Assembly: GCA_963773275.1 (NCBI GenBank)
Contig: CAVZAH010000009.1
Coordinates: 865-64,864 of the forward strand
DNA from: an uncultured Acidimicrobiia bacterium
GTDB lineage: Bacteria > Actinomycetota > Acidimicrobiia > Acidimicrobiales > AC-14
Direction: 5' to 3'
DNA length: 64,000 nucleotides
In this document: positions 9,519 through 18,671 of the stretch, in pieces
Position numbering within the stretch: position 1 is the first letter of the stretch
Layout of the letters: each line of letters begins with the position of its first letter
The notes under the pieces: generated by a model
Database searches by the model: none
Seen by the model: the letters and a program-made list of their open reading frames with translations, nothing else
What the model was told of the DNA's origin: nothing
Made by a program: the position numbers and the translations under genes

Positions 9519-10292
9519 TCAAGCGTCCCGGAGAACACGGGCGAAGGACCGCCCCGCGATGTACCACGTGACTGCGAACAATCCGACGCAGGTGGCGACC
9601 GCCTTGGCGACCGGCGCCCACGAGAACGGTTCGCTGACGAACACCCTCGCCCCTCCGATCACGTAGGTGAACGGGTTCCACGCCGAGATCGCCTGCACCC
9701 AGCCGGGCATCATCTCGCCCGAGGCGAAGACGGTCGTGAGGAACATCAACGGTACGAAGATCGGCAGCAGGGCGAACGGGGCCTGGGGGTTCCTGGTCCG
9801 CATCCCGACGGCGTAGAAGATCCCGCTGTAGGCGAGGGACCACAGTGCGAGCAGCCCCAGGATGGCGACTACACCCCCGGCACCGCCCCGCAGCTCACCC
9901 CCCAGGGCGAGGCTCGCGCCAAGGACGAGGGCACCGGCGGGCAGCACTCGCAGCACGTCGAAGAGCAGCCGACCGAGCACGATCGCCGCCGGATGCACCG
10001 GCAGGACCCGCAGCCGGTCAAGGTAGCCGCTGCGGAAATCGATGACCAACGAAGTGGCTGAGTAGCCGGCGCCCATCATCCCTGTCAGCAGCACCATCCC
10101 CGGCGTCTCCCAGGTCACGTACCTGCCTGTCGGGAACCCAGGCAGGCGGGCGACGTCGGCGAAGATCTGGGACGTCAGCGTGATCATCACCAGTGGGACC
10201 ATTGTCGGGAGCACGAACGCGATCGTCGGGTCCCGCCGACCCTCACGGAAGCTCCGGCGCAGGAGAAGCCAGGTGTCCGTCGCGATCGCCAT
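9519..10292 (-). CDS. ABC-2 type exporter permease (DrrB-like)
   Basis: Six hydrophobic segments; ATG shares one base with stop of upstream ATPase (TGATG). Confidence 0.75.
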   Translation of the reverse strand: MAIATDTWLLLRRSFREGRRDPTIAFVLPTMVPLVMITLTSQIFADVARLPGFPTGRYVTWETPGMVLLTGMMGAGYSATSLVIDFRSGYLDRLRVLPVHPAAIVLGRLLFDVLRVLPAGALVLGASLALGGELRGGAGGVVAILGLLALWSLAYSGIFYAVGMRTRNPQAPFALLPIFVPLMFLTTVFASGEMMPGWVQAISAWNPFTYVIGGARVFVSEPFSWAPVAKAVATCVGLFAVTWYIAGRSFARVLRDA

Positions 10293-11332
10293 CACATTCT
10301 CCCCCCACCGAGGGCGCCCGCCGAGCGGGCACCTGCCTGGTCGTGGACCCCGTCCCCCGTCCTCGTGCCCGTCAGCTGCACGAAGACGTCCTCGAGGGAC
10401 GCCTGGGAGATGTCGAGATCCGTCATCGGGACGTTCATCCCGTTCAGGCGCTGGAGCAACATGAGCACCGCATCTCCCTTCGCTTCCTCTCCGAGGAGGT
10501 GGATCTGCACGCGACCGTCCTCGAGCTGGACCTCGTAACCCTGGGCGCCGGCCTTGACCGCCGGCACGTCCTCGTCCGCCACCCGGAACCGCACCGTCAC
10601 CCGGCCGAACCTCGACGTGAGTCCGCTGACGGTCCCGGACGCCACGACCCGGCCGCCATCGATGATCGCCACCATGTCGGCCAACCTCTCGGCCTCCTCG
10701 AGGTACTGGGTGGTCAGGAAGACTGCGGTTCCGTCGTCCCTCGCCTCCTTGACCATCGCCCACACCGCCTGCCGGCTCTGGGGGTCGAGCCCGGTCGTGG
10801 GCTCGTCGAGGAACAGCACCCGGGGCCGGTTGCTGAGCGCGGTGGCGAAATCGAGCCGCCGGCGCATGCCGCCCGAGTACCGGGAGATTCGCCGGTCGGC
10901 GGCCTCCGTCAGCTCGAAGGTTTCCAGCAGCTCGGCCGCCCGGCGGCGCGACTCCTTGGCCCGCTGACCCCAGAGCCGGCCGACCAGCTCCAGGTGCTCC
11001 CTTCCCGTCATGAGCTCGTCGAGGGCGGCGTCCTGCATGGTGACGCCCATCGCGGCGCGCGCGGCCGCGGCCTGGGTGACGACGTCGTAGCCGGCCACGG
11101 CCGCGGTCCCCGCCGTTGGGGGGGTGAGGGTCGTGAGGAGTCGGACGGTCGTGGTCTTGCCGGAGCCGTTCCGTCCCAGGTATGCGAGGACACTCCCCCA
11201 CTGCACTTCCAGGCTCACGTCGGCGATGGCGGTGTGGCCTCCGGGATAGGTCTTCCCGATGGAACGGGCCTCGATGGCGAGAAGCTCGGACGGGGGGGAC
11301 TTGACCTCCCGCTCGTGCTGCTGGACGCTCAC
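10292..11332 (-). CDS. ABC transporter ATP-binding protein (DrrA-like)
   Basis: Walker A GRNGSGKTT, signature YSGGMRRRL, Walker B LFLDEPTTGLD; GTG start overlaps stop of upstream ORF (GTGA). Confidence 0.8.
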   Translation of the reverse strand: MSVQQHEREVKSPPSELLAIEARSIGKTYPGGHTAIADVSLEVQWGSVLAYLGRNGSGKTTTVRLLTTLTPPTAGTAAVAGYDVVTQAAAARAAMGVTMQDAALDELMTGREHLELVGRLWGQRAKESRRRAAELLETFELTEAADRRISRYSGGMRRRLDFATALSNRPRVLFLDEPTTGLDPQSRQAVWAMVKEARDDGTAVFLTTQYLEEAERLADMVAIIDGGRVVASGTVSGLTSRFGRVTVRFRVADEDVPAVKAGAQGYEVQLEDGRVQIHLLGEEAKGDAVLMLLQRLNGMNVPMTDLDISQASLEDVFVQLTGTRTGDGVHDQAGARSAGALGGGRM

Positions 11333-12110
11333 GCGGACCCCCCTTGTGTCGAGGAGAGCACCCCGGCGAACGGATCCCGTCCCACCAGTTGGCCCTCCGA
11401 CTCCACCACGACGCATCGGGCGAACCACAGCTTGACCGATGGATTCCCGCTGAACTTCGCCATCGACGCTCGGTGCGTGGGATCCCGGCGAGCCCACGTC
11501 AGCGCGTCGGACAGCCTTCTCCAGCAGGTGACGGTGAAGCCTTCGAACCGGCCGACGGGGAAGGAGGCGGAGGTGAAGGTGCACAGCGCCCCCGGACTTC
11601 GATGCTGCGCGTCGGTGGAGGTCGCAAGGCCGTTGAAGAACGACGGGAACCGCCGGAGGGGCAACTCGGCATGGGTGATCACGACGCCGGGCACCTCAGC
11701 GCTCGCGTCGGTCTTGTCGCAGCCCGCCAAGGGGTTCCCGCCGCCGATCGTTCCCACCGTCCGCACGGGTCTCAGCAGGCAGCGCCAGGACTCGACCGCC
11801 GGGATGTCCTCCGAGACCCAACGGCGGGGCGCCTGATCGTCAGGGTAGGCCCGCAGCACGAGGATCCGCCGGTAGTCGATGGCCAGGCAAACGCCGTCCC
11901 GCCGGCGCAGGAAAGACCACAGTGACGGCCGCCTGGCCTCGGGCCACGGGGGGAACAGGCTCGTCCCCGAGCTGGTCGGCTGGGCGCCCACATGGATCGG
12001 CTCCCCGGGACGGCCGGAGTCCGGCCGGGCCCGCAGCACGGTCCGGCCGGCGCGGAGCGACGGGAGGGTGAGTACCTCCAGGGTCACGAGCACGGTGCAC
12101 CTCCGAATGG
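11329..12110 (-). CDS. hypothetical protein translationally coupled to the ABC ATPase (start uncertain)
   Basis: C-terminal ~250 aa of listed ORF 11329-12783 is protein-like (LAIDYRRILVLRAYPDDQAPRRWVSEDIP...); N-terminal half is Arg/Pro-rich and overlaps the LuxR gene. Confidence 0.3.
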
Positions 12111-12388
12111 GCACAAAGCGGGCCACGGGTGGAGCGACGTCGCGGCCGACATCAGGACGCGGTCGGTCTGGGACAACTCCCGGGGAGCGGGAGCGGCAAA
12201 CCCGGCGACGACGGTTGCCGCCGTCGCTCGCGTCATCGACGACGCCGCGCTGACCGCCGGTCGCCGCTCCCGCCTCGGCTGAATCATCTTTGATGTCACG
12301 TCGGCAGTCTGCGCAGGGAGCGGTTGCACCGGCATCAGTGAGATTTCGGATTTCGTGCTGACCGGCGGAGCCGGCCGATGACGCGCCC

Positions 12389-15355
12389 TTAGGTCCTGCG
12401 GGCGGCCTCGGCGGCCAAATGGGCCCGTGTGGCCATGCCGAGCTTCTGAAACACGTGGTAGACGTGCGTCTCGATCGTCCGCCGGGAGACGAACAGCTGC
12501 TCGGCAATCTGACGGTTGGTGTGTCCCCTACCGACCAGAGCGACGACGCGACGCTCGGTATCCGTAAGGCTCTCCCACCCGAAGGCCGGGCGTGCCGGTG
12601 CCCGACCCCGCCGGCGGACAGTCGCACCCAGGCTCCGGAGCGCGGCTGTCGTCCGGGCCGCGTTGCGGGCCGCGCCCATCCGCTCGAACGACCCGAGCGC
12701 CTCCTCGAGCAACCCGACCGCTTCGTTCGTGCGACCGACCCGTGCCAGCGAGGCGGCCGCTTCCTCGGCGGTGAATGCGGCATCCGTTTCCCGTCCGCCG
12801 CGGCGATAGCCGGCGACCGCCGCCACCAGGAGGTCCGGTGAGTCGTCGATCAGGCCGCGACACCTGCGTGCCGTCGCCGAGGCGCTCTCGACCGACGACC
12901 GCTCGGCCGCCACCTCGACCTCGGCCGTGACCGACTCAGCGCGGTCGCGACGACCTTCGACGAGCGCGACGCGGACCAGATCGGGGGCGAACCAGCGGTA
13001 GCCGAGGTAATACCGGAGGGGCTCCGCCATCATCCACGCCGCGTCGAATGCCCCGAACGCCTGCGCAGTGTTCCCGGCTGCCTCGGCGAGCACGCCTTCC
13101 ACCCAGAGACCCCATTCGACGGGCCAGTGCGGCCCGGCCTCGACCACGTCGTCGAGGGCGATCGAGGCCCATGTGTGGTCCGCCGCCAGCATCTCCCGCC
13201 GCGCCGCTCCCAGGCGCGACTGGGCGCCTTCCGGATCTCCCCGGTGTACGGCCAGCCAGGCGAGGACACCGTGCAGGAAAGGTGCGTGGACGCGGGTGCC
13301 GACATCGTCGACCAGGGTGAGCGCGCCCTCGACCTCGGCCGCCGCATCCTCCCAGTGGCCGGTGGAACACCGCAGCATGGCCAGCGCCCAGTGGTAGAGG
13401 GGCAGCCACACCACGGTGCCGCGCTCCTCGGCCAGGCGCAGACCCTGCTGCAGAGCGGCCTCGGCCTCGACGAATCGGTCGGCTTCCATCAGCATCAGCC
13501 CGAGGTGGTAATGCGGAAGGAGCTCTCCCATCTGGGGATGCGTCGAGCGCCCGGCGAGGTCGACTGCCCGGCGAGCCAAGTCCACCGCCTCCGACACCCG
13601 CCCTTGGGCGTCGGCCACCACCGACGCGGTCTGGAGGCCGAGGCAGACGGCGACGTCCTCGCCCAGCCGCTCGCCGTCGGCGGTGGCGCTTTCCGCCTCT
13701 GCTCGAGCCCGGTCGACGTCGCCCAGGAACATCCGGAGATGGGCCGCCAGGGCGCGCGTCACGACCTGCTCCACGTCGGCGATGCCCGCCACCGTCGAGG
13801 CCGCGTCGTACTCGGAAACGGCAGCTGCCAACTCGCCACGTACCCACAACGCCGCCGCCAGCGCCCGGTGGAGCGCGGCCTCGACCGGCGGCGGAGGTCG
13901 GGAACGAAGAACCTCCCGGGCGAGAGCGGCAGCATCGCCCGGCCGGCCGACCCGGACCAGCAACGGGGCCAGGTCCCCAACCAATCCGCCCCGCACCGGA
14001 CCGGAGCCGTCAGCCAGCTCGAGGGCACGCTCGAGGAGGTCGACGGCGATGGCCGGCGAGCGAGAGGCGACATCGTGGGCCGCGTCCCGGAGCCAGTTCA
14101 CGGCCTCGGCATCGCCTGGCGCCCCGCAGATCAGCAGGTGCTCGGCGACAAGCGCAGGCGCCGCACCCGCGGAGATGAGGGCGCCGGCCACCTCGCGGTG
14201 CAGACCCCGACGCAGGGCCAGCGGCAGGTCGTCGTAGATGGCGGCGCGGATCAGCTCGTGACGGAACGCGAGGCGTTCGCCCTCCTCCTCCAGGATCCCG
14301 GCCCGCAGCGCGTCGGTGAGCGGCCCGAGGATCTGCGCGACGCTCCGCGCGCAGACTGCCGCCAGATGCGACGGAGCGAAGGACTGGCCCATGACGGCGG
14401 CGATCCGCAGGACCTCCATGGTGGCGTCGGGAAGCGTGTTGATACGGCGAAGGATCGTGAGGCGAAGCGTCGGCGGGAATGAGACATCTCCAATCTCGGC
14501 GACCCCGTCCACCGTTTTGAGGGCGCCTTCGTACCGCAGCGCCCGCACCAGCTCGCCCACGAAGAGCGGGTTGCCGGCGGCGGCGGAGACCTGAGCCAAC
14601 AGCCGAGGGCCCGGAGTCGCCCCGGCAACTTCACGGGTCATCGCCCGCACCGGCTCGCGATCCAGCGGTCCCAGGACCATGTGGGGTGCCCCGAGGGCGA
14701 CGAGTGCATCGGTGACCTCCTCGAGCTCCGGGTTCCGGACGGTCGGACGGTAGGTCAGCAGGAGGGCGACCGGACGCTCGGCCAGGCGCCGCGCGATCGA
14801 ACGGACGGCCCGAAGTGTCGAGGGGTCCGCCCAATGAAGGTCGTCCAGGGCGAGGACCACGGGCCCACTGGCGGCGAGCCGTTCGAGCACTGTGACGATG
14901 GTTTCCACGATCCGAAACCCGACGTCGGACGTCCCGATGAGGGAGGCTTCCGGGCGGACACCACCCTCCTGCCCGCTGATCGCGTCCGCCAGCGCGGCGG
15001 CGTCCGGGTCGGCGGAGCCGAAAACCGGGGCCAGGGCGGCGGCGATCGATCCGAAGGGCTGGTCCCGCTCGAGCTGGTCGGCGGTCCCGTAGAGAACACG
15101 GAATCCGCCCTGCCCGGCGTGGTCGATCGCTTCTGCGAGCAACCGGGTCTTGCCGATCCCGCCCTCACCCGCGATCAGGCAGGTCCGCCCGACGCCGAGG
15201 CGGACGGTGTCGAGAAGCTCCCGCAACAAGGAGAACTCCGCCGAACGACCGACCAGGGAGCCCGTTCTGGCGAGCGGCGGGCCCGTGCCCGTGCCCATCA
15301 ACAGGGCGGACGGCGGCATGAGGGTACCCGTGACCACCCTCCTGATGCCCGCCAT
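12389..15355 (-). CDS. large ATP-binding LuxR-family transcriptional regulator (LAL/MalT-like: AAA+ NTPase, TPR-like middle, C-terminal LuxR HTH)
   Basis: Walker A CLIAGEGGIGKTRL, Walker B VVLALDDLHWAD, C-terminal LTDTERRVVALVGRGHTNRQIAEQLFVSRRTIETHV. Confidence 0.8.
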   Translation of the reverse strand: MAGIRRVVTGTLMPPSALLMGTGTGPPLARTGSLVGRSAEFSLLRELLDTVRLGVGRTCLIAGEGGIGKTRLLAEAIDHAGQGGFRVLYGTADQLERDQPFGSIAAALAPVFGSADPDAAALADAISGQEGGVRPEASLIGTSDVGFRIVETIVTVLERLAASGPVVLALDDLHWADPSTLRAVRSIARRLAERPVALLLTYRPTVRNPELEEVTDALVALGAPHMVLGPLDREPVRAMTREVAGATPGPRLLAQVSAAAGNPLFVGELVRALRYEGALKTVDGVAEIGDVSFPPTLRLTILRRINTLPDATMEVLRIAAVMGQSFAPSHLAAVCARSVAQILGPLTDALRAGILEEEGERLAFRHELIRAAIYDDLPLALRRGLHREVAGALISAGAAPALVAEHLLICGAPGDAEAVNWLRDAAHDVASRSPAIAVDLLERALELADGSGPVRGGLVGDLAPLLVRVGRPGDAAALAREVLRSRPPPPVEAALHRALAAALWVRGELAAAVSEYDAASTVAGIADVEQVVTRALAAHLRMFLGDVDRARAEAESATADGERLGEDVAVCLGLQTASVVADAQGRVSEAVDLARRAVDLAGRSTHPQMGELLPHYHLGLMLMEADRFVEAEAALQQGLRLAEERGTVVWLPLYHWALAMLRCSTGHWEDAAAEVEGALTLVDDVGTRVHAPFLHGVLAWLAVHRGDPEGAQSRLGAARREMLAADHTWASIALDDVVEAGPHWPVEWGLWVEGVLAEAAGNTAQAFGAFDAAWMMAEPLRYYLGYRWFAPDLVRVALVEGRRDRAESVTAEVEVAAERSSVESASATARRCRGLIDDSPDLLVAAVAGYRRGGRETDAAFTAEEAAASLARVGRTNEAVGLLEEALGSFERMGAARNAARTTAALRSLGATVRRRGRAPARPAFGWESLTDTERRVVALVGRGHTNRQIAEQLFVSRRTIETHVYHVFQKLGMATRAHLAAEAARRT

Positions 15356-15518
15356 CCGCGTGCATGCTAGCGATCAGCGGGCGAGCATCGCCGAATCTGT
15401 CAGCGTTCCCGCCACCGAGCGAGAGTCGCGCCCACCGCCGCCTCAGCGTCCCCCGGCAGCCCCACGTCGATCGGATGAACGCTCGATCGACGTCACTCGA
15501 CCATCACACCACAGGAAG

Positions 15519-15557
15519 CCGTACACTGTTCCGGTACGGTGTTTTGTACGGAGTGTT
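15519..15557. promoter_or_regulatory. three direct repeats GTAC(A/G)(C/G)(T/A)GTGTT-like immediately upstream of the DUF1778 antitoxin gene; candidate TA operator
   Basis: GTACACTGTT 15521-15530, GTACGGTGTT 15534-15543, GTACGGAGTGTT 15546-15557, followed by SD AAGGGAGG and ATG 15572. Confidence 0.4.
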
Positions 15558-15571
15558 GGCAAGGGAGGCAC

Positions 15572-15844
15572 ATGTCGACCAGGTCCGAGCGAATAGAAGC
15601 ACGGCTTTCCGCAGAGGAGCGGGCGCGGATCGAGCGCGCGGCGCGATTCGAGGGCCGGTCGCTGTCCTCGTTCCTCGTGGAGGCAGCGGTCGTGCGAGCT
15701 GACCAGGTCCTTACGGAAGCCACTGTGACCGTCGTGCCGGCCGACTACTTCGACCGGTTGGTGGCCGCCATGGACGAGCCCGGTCGAGCGCCTCGGCTCG
15801 AACAAGCCGCAGCGCGGGTACGCCAGGATCGCCGCATCGAGTGA
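15572..15844 (+). CDS. DUF1778-family antitoxin (TacA-like) of a GNAT toxin system
   Basis: RSERIEARLSAEERARIERAARFEGRSLSSFLVEAAV typical of DUF1778; SD AAGGGAGG; stop overlaps start of GNAT gene. Confidence 0.65.
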   Translation: MSTRSERIEARLSAEERARIERAARFEGRSLSSFLVEAAVVRADQVLTEATVTVVPADYFDRLVAAMDEPGRAPRLEQAAARVRQDRRIE

Positions 15845-16353
15845 TTGTCGGCCTCGCCATCGAGCCGCTCACCGACGAGCACGACGTCGCGTCCTTCGGC
15901 TGCGGGAACCGCGACCTCACGGACTGGCTTCCCAACCATGCATTGCACGCCCTCGGCCAGGGCACGCGGACCTACGTGCTGGTCGGGCAGGGCCGCAGGG
16001 AGGTGCTGGGGTACTTCGCGTTGGCCCCCCACTTCGTCGAGCGTGAGGAGCTCCTGCGGCGGATGGGCCGCGGGGCGCCCTGCCAGGTACCGGCCATTCT
16101 GCTGGCCAAGCTCGCTCTTGACACGAGCCTCCAGGGACAGGGCTTGGGCCGCGAGCTGCTGATCCGGGCATTGACCACCGTTGTCGACGCGGCTCGCGTC
16201 GCCGGCGGAAAGGTCGTCGTCGTCGACGCTGTCGATGACGCTGCCGCTGCGTTTTACGGGGCCCACGATTTCGCGGCCGTGACGGGAAACCCGAGGCGGC
16301 TCGTCATGAAGTTGAGCACGGTGGCCCAAGCCCTCGGACGACCGTGGCCATGA
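15841..16353 (+). CDS. GNAT-family acetyltransferase toxin (TacT-like)
   Basis: ~170 aa GNAT fold (LLAKLALDTSLQGQGLGRELLIRAL); GTG start overlaps antitoxin stop (GTGA). Confidence 0.65.
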   Translation: MIVGLAIEPLTDEHDVASFGCGNRDLTDWLPNHALHALGQGTRTYVLVGQGRREVLGYFALAPHFVEREELLRRMGRGAPCQVPAILLAKLALDTSLQGQGLGRELLIRALTTVVDAARVAGGKVVVVDAVDDAAAAFYGAHDFAAVTGNPRRLVMKLSTVAQALGRPWP

Positions 16354-16369
16354 TCGACCCGCCCTCGGA

Positions 16370-16639
16370 TCAGGTACCCGACCATTCCGGCGGCAAGCCA
16401 TCGTTCCCGATCCTCGGGCGCGGCGTTGGCGGTGATGGCGCGTGATGCACCCAGCGCATCATCCAGTCGTAGCGGAACGCCACCTGTAGCTCCGCCGCAG
16501 AGAAGGCGAAATTGATCTCGCGTCCGAACTCCACCAGTTGGCCGGTGGTCGGAGTCGGTCCGAGCGCTGCCATCCGCTGCTGCAGCTCGGGACGCTCGCG
16601 CACCTCGTGGAGGAAGGTGAGGGCTGCTTGGGTCGACAT
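16370..16639 (-). CDS. Nif11-domain small protein (Nif11-type leader-like N-terminus, 29-aa C-terminal extension)
   Basis: MSTQAALTFLHEVRERPELQQRMAALGPTPTTGQLVEFGREINFAFSAAELQ matches Nif11 family pattern; 3-nt gap after upstream gene stop; last gene of operon. Confidence 0.6.
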   Translation of the reverse strand: MSTQAALTFLHEVRERPELQQRMAALGPTPTTGQLVEFGREINFAFSAAELQVAFRYDWMMRWVHHAPSPPTPRPRIGNDGLPPEWSGT

Positions 16640-16642
16640 GGG

Positions 16643-18671
16643 TCAGGGGCTGATGACCCCCGGACGGCCGAGCGCGGCCGCGACCGCCGCCGACGTGAAG
16701 ACTCGATGTTGGTCGAGCCCGTTGATCGTCCTTTGCTGTCCTGCTGCGTCGGCCGGCCCCGGCATCGGAACGCGTAGACGTGCGGAAGCAATCCAACTGC
16801 CGTCCGCCCGTTGCGCGTTCACAAGCCATTTCACCGCCCTCGCGCAGGCCTCCTGCGCATCCAGGGTTCGTCCCGAGGCGGAGGATGCGCACGCACCAGG
16901 CGGTCGCCCACGGCGAAGGTTCGCCGTCGGTGCTGAGAACAGCGCCGGTCGCGCCCACCCGCCTCTGCGCCCACGCCACCGCCTGCACCCTGGTCGCGGC
17001 GCAAGCCTCGGCGGCCAATGCCGTCGTGTACTCGTCATCCCACCACCAATAGCCCTTCCAGCCTCCCGCGGGAGTCTGCCGGCCGGCCAGGTACTTCACG
17101 GCCCGATCACCGACGATCGGTGCCGCGGCGGCGGTGACGCAGGCGTGGTCCGCCTGCCAGCCGGCCAGCGACGCATCCTCGGGCAGGCGCGCATACCGGC
17201 GAATCGGGTCGCGATCGGCGTACGTCGTGAGACCGCCACCAGCCAGGACATGCCCGTCGAGAAACCGGCGGGCGGCGGCGACGCGTTCGTCCTGGGCGCC
17301 GAGGCCACCGGCCAGTCGCAGCGCCCAGGCGGTGCTGTCGGCATCGGCGGGCGTCAGCCGGTTGTAGCCCCAACCCGGCTCGTCCCCCCGTCGGAGGAGC
17401 AACGCCCGCCACGCCCGCTCTGCCCCGACGCGGGCGGCGTCCGCCCCTGCTTCCAGCAGGCAGGCGGCCACGAACGCGGTCACCCACTCGTCGCTCGGAC
17501 CCGCGGGCAGGAAGAAGTCGGACCAGCGCCCGGTGTGCGCCTGCCGGGAGAGCACGAAGGCGACCGCGTCGTCAAGGGCCTGCTCCACGAACCGGTCTGC
17601 GTCCGAGGCCGGTTCCTCCACCTCTGGATGGGCGGCGCGCCAGACGTGCCCCGCGCCCCAATAGCCCTTGAGCGAGACGTCCTGGTCCGTCACCGTGAGC
17701 TTCAGGTGGGAGAGCCGGCGCTCGGTGGTGGAGAACTGGTCGGCGGGGCCACACAGCGATGCCGCGATCCAGGGCGCGGGCCACTCCCCGTGCGTTTCGG
17801 GCGGACGCAACACGCCGGGCAGGTTCAGGAAACCCGAGGCACTCTCCGATGTGCAGAGGTCAGCCGAGGACAGCTCTTCGAGGAGCGCCTGCCAGCGCGG
17901 CTCGCCCGGCGGCTGGAATGCGAGCACCGCTTCCAGTCCCAGGCGGGGGTGGACATCGGTGCCCACGTCGAGACAGACCGTGATCCGGTCCACCCGGTCG
18001 AAGGCCCAGGCTGCCCATTGTTCGACGCACGACGGCGAGCCACTCCAGCCCACGGCGCGCAGGAACGGGACAAGGTCGTCCAGCCGAAGCCCCTTGACGT
18101 TGACGCGCAGGCCCTCGGTGGCGCGACCGAGCATGGCGCCGATATAGGCGACGCACGCGCCGGTGGGACACTCGGTGAAGCAGCGCGCCAGGTTCTCGTC
18201 CAAGCCGTGCGGCCACGGTGCGGGCAGCAGGAGCCCCAGCGCCTCACGGGCGACCGATCGCTCGCCCGCTGCGAAGAAGACCGACGGCATCGAGGTTGGC
18301 CGCGGGGCGGTGTCCAGGTCGTACTCCAGGAAGACCTCGGCGATGCCATGATGCAGGAGCGTCCCGGGGTCGGCCCATGCCGTGCAGAACCGGCCGAGCC
18401 GCGCCCATGGGCCTTCGCCCTCCTCAGCCGCAGGATGGGCCGCCAGGATGAAGTCCCGCAGCAGAGCGGGTTCTCCATCCCCCAGAATGACGCACTGCTG
18501 GAGATCGAGCTGGGGCGCACGATCGGCCATCCGGCTCTCCAGCCCGATGCGCGGGATCGGCGCCATGCGCCGCGCCAGTTGCACCAGGTGCTCCCGGTTG
18601 GCCGGGGCATCCCATGGCGCCGGGAGCGCGGGGCAGAGCGTGGGCCAGAAATCGGCAAGCGTCGCCGTCAA
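16643..18671 (-). CDS. large protein: N-terminal region with Cys..His-x11-Asp spacing reminiscent of transglutaminase-core lasso leader peptidase (B2), C-terminal squalene-cyclase/prenyltransferase-type QW repeats; apparent frameshift near 16870
   Basis: QW motifs AFVLSRQAHTGRWSDF, KYLAGRQTPAGGWKGYWWWD and (frame-shifted) AVKWLVNAQRADGSWIAS; LLHHGIAEVFLEYDLDT with upstream Cys; listed ORF 16254-18671 becomes Arg/Gly-rich after ~16880 while QW repeats continue in ORF 16643-17038; 4-nt overlap with kinase gene. Confidence 0.5.

Noticed and set aside
7740-9843. Long ORFs 7740-8810(+), 8602-9843(-), 8737-9438(+) overlapping the DNA ligase gene
   Set aside because: Arg/Pro/Gly-rich low-complexity translations, antisense or out of frame to a well-supported ligase CDS. 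These are typical high-GC shadow ORFs.
12936-14634. ORFs 12936-13847(-), 13127-14482(+), 13683-14237(+), 14251-14634(-) inside the LuxR-family gene
   Set aside because: Overlap the 988-aa AAA+/LuxR CDS in other frames. Composition is RRGRGRP-like with no domain signatures.
16254-16642. C-terminal tail of listed ORF 16254-18671 continuing past the QW domain
   Set aside because: The translation becomes Arg/Gly/Ala-rich junk. The genuine final QW repeat and stop are in another frame (ORF 16643-17038). The tail also overlaps the well-formed Nif11 gene.
17200-17330. Second transglutaminase-like Cys motif (ACVAYIGAMLGRATEGLRVNV) in the middle of the QW-protein
   Set aside because: No downstream His-x-W/Asp partner at the expected spacing. 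The N-terminal C60/H108/D120 arrangement fits better, and even that is tentative.
16643-17700. LanC-like cyclase interpretation of the toroid domain
   Set aside because: No Cys-Cys-His zinc-ligand motifs (WCxG, CHG) or GxxG lanthionine-cyclase motifs. The QW motifs fit the terpene-cyclase/prenyltransferase repeat instead.
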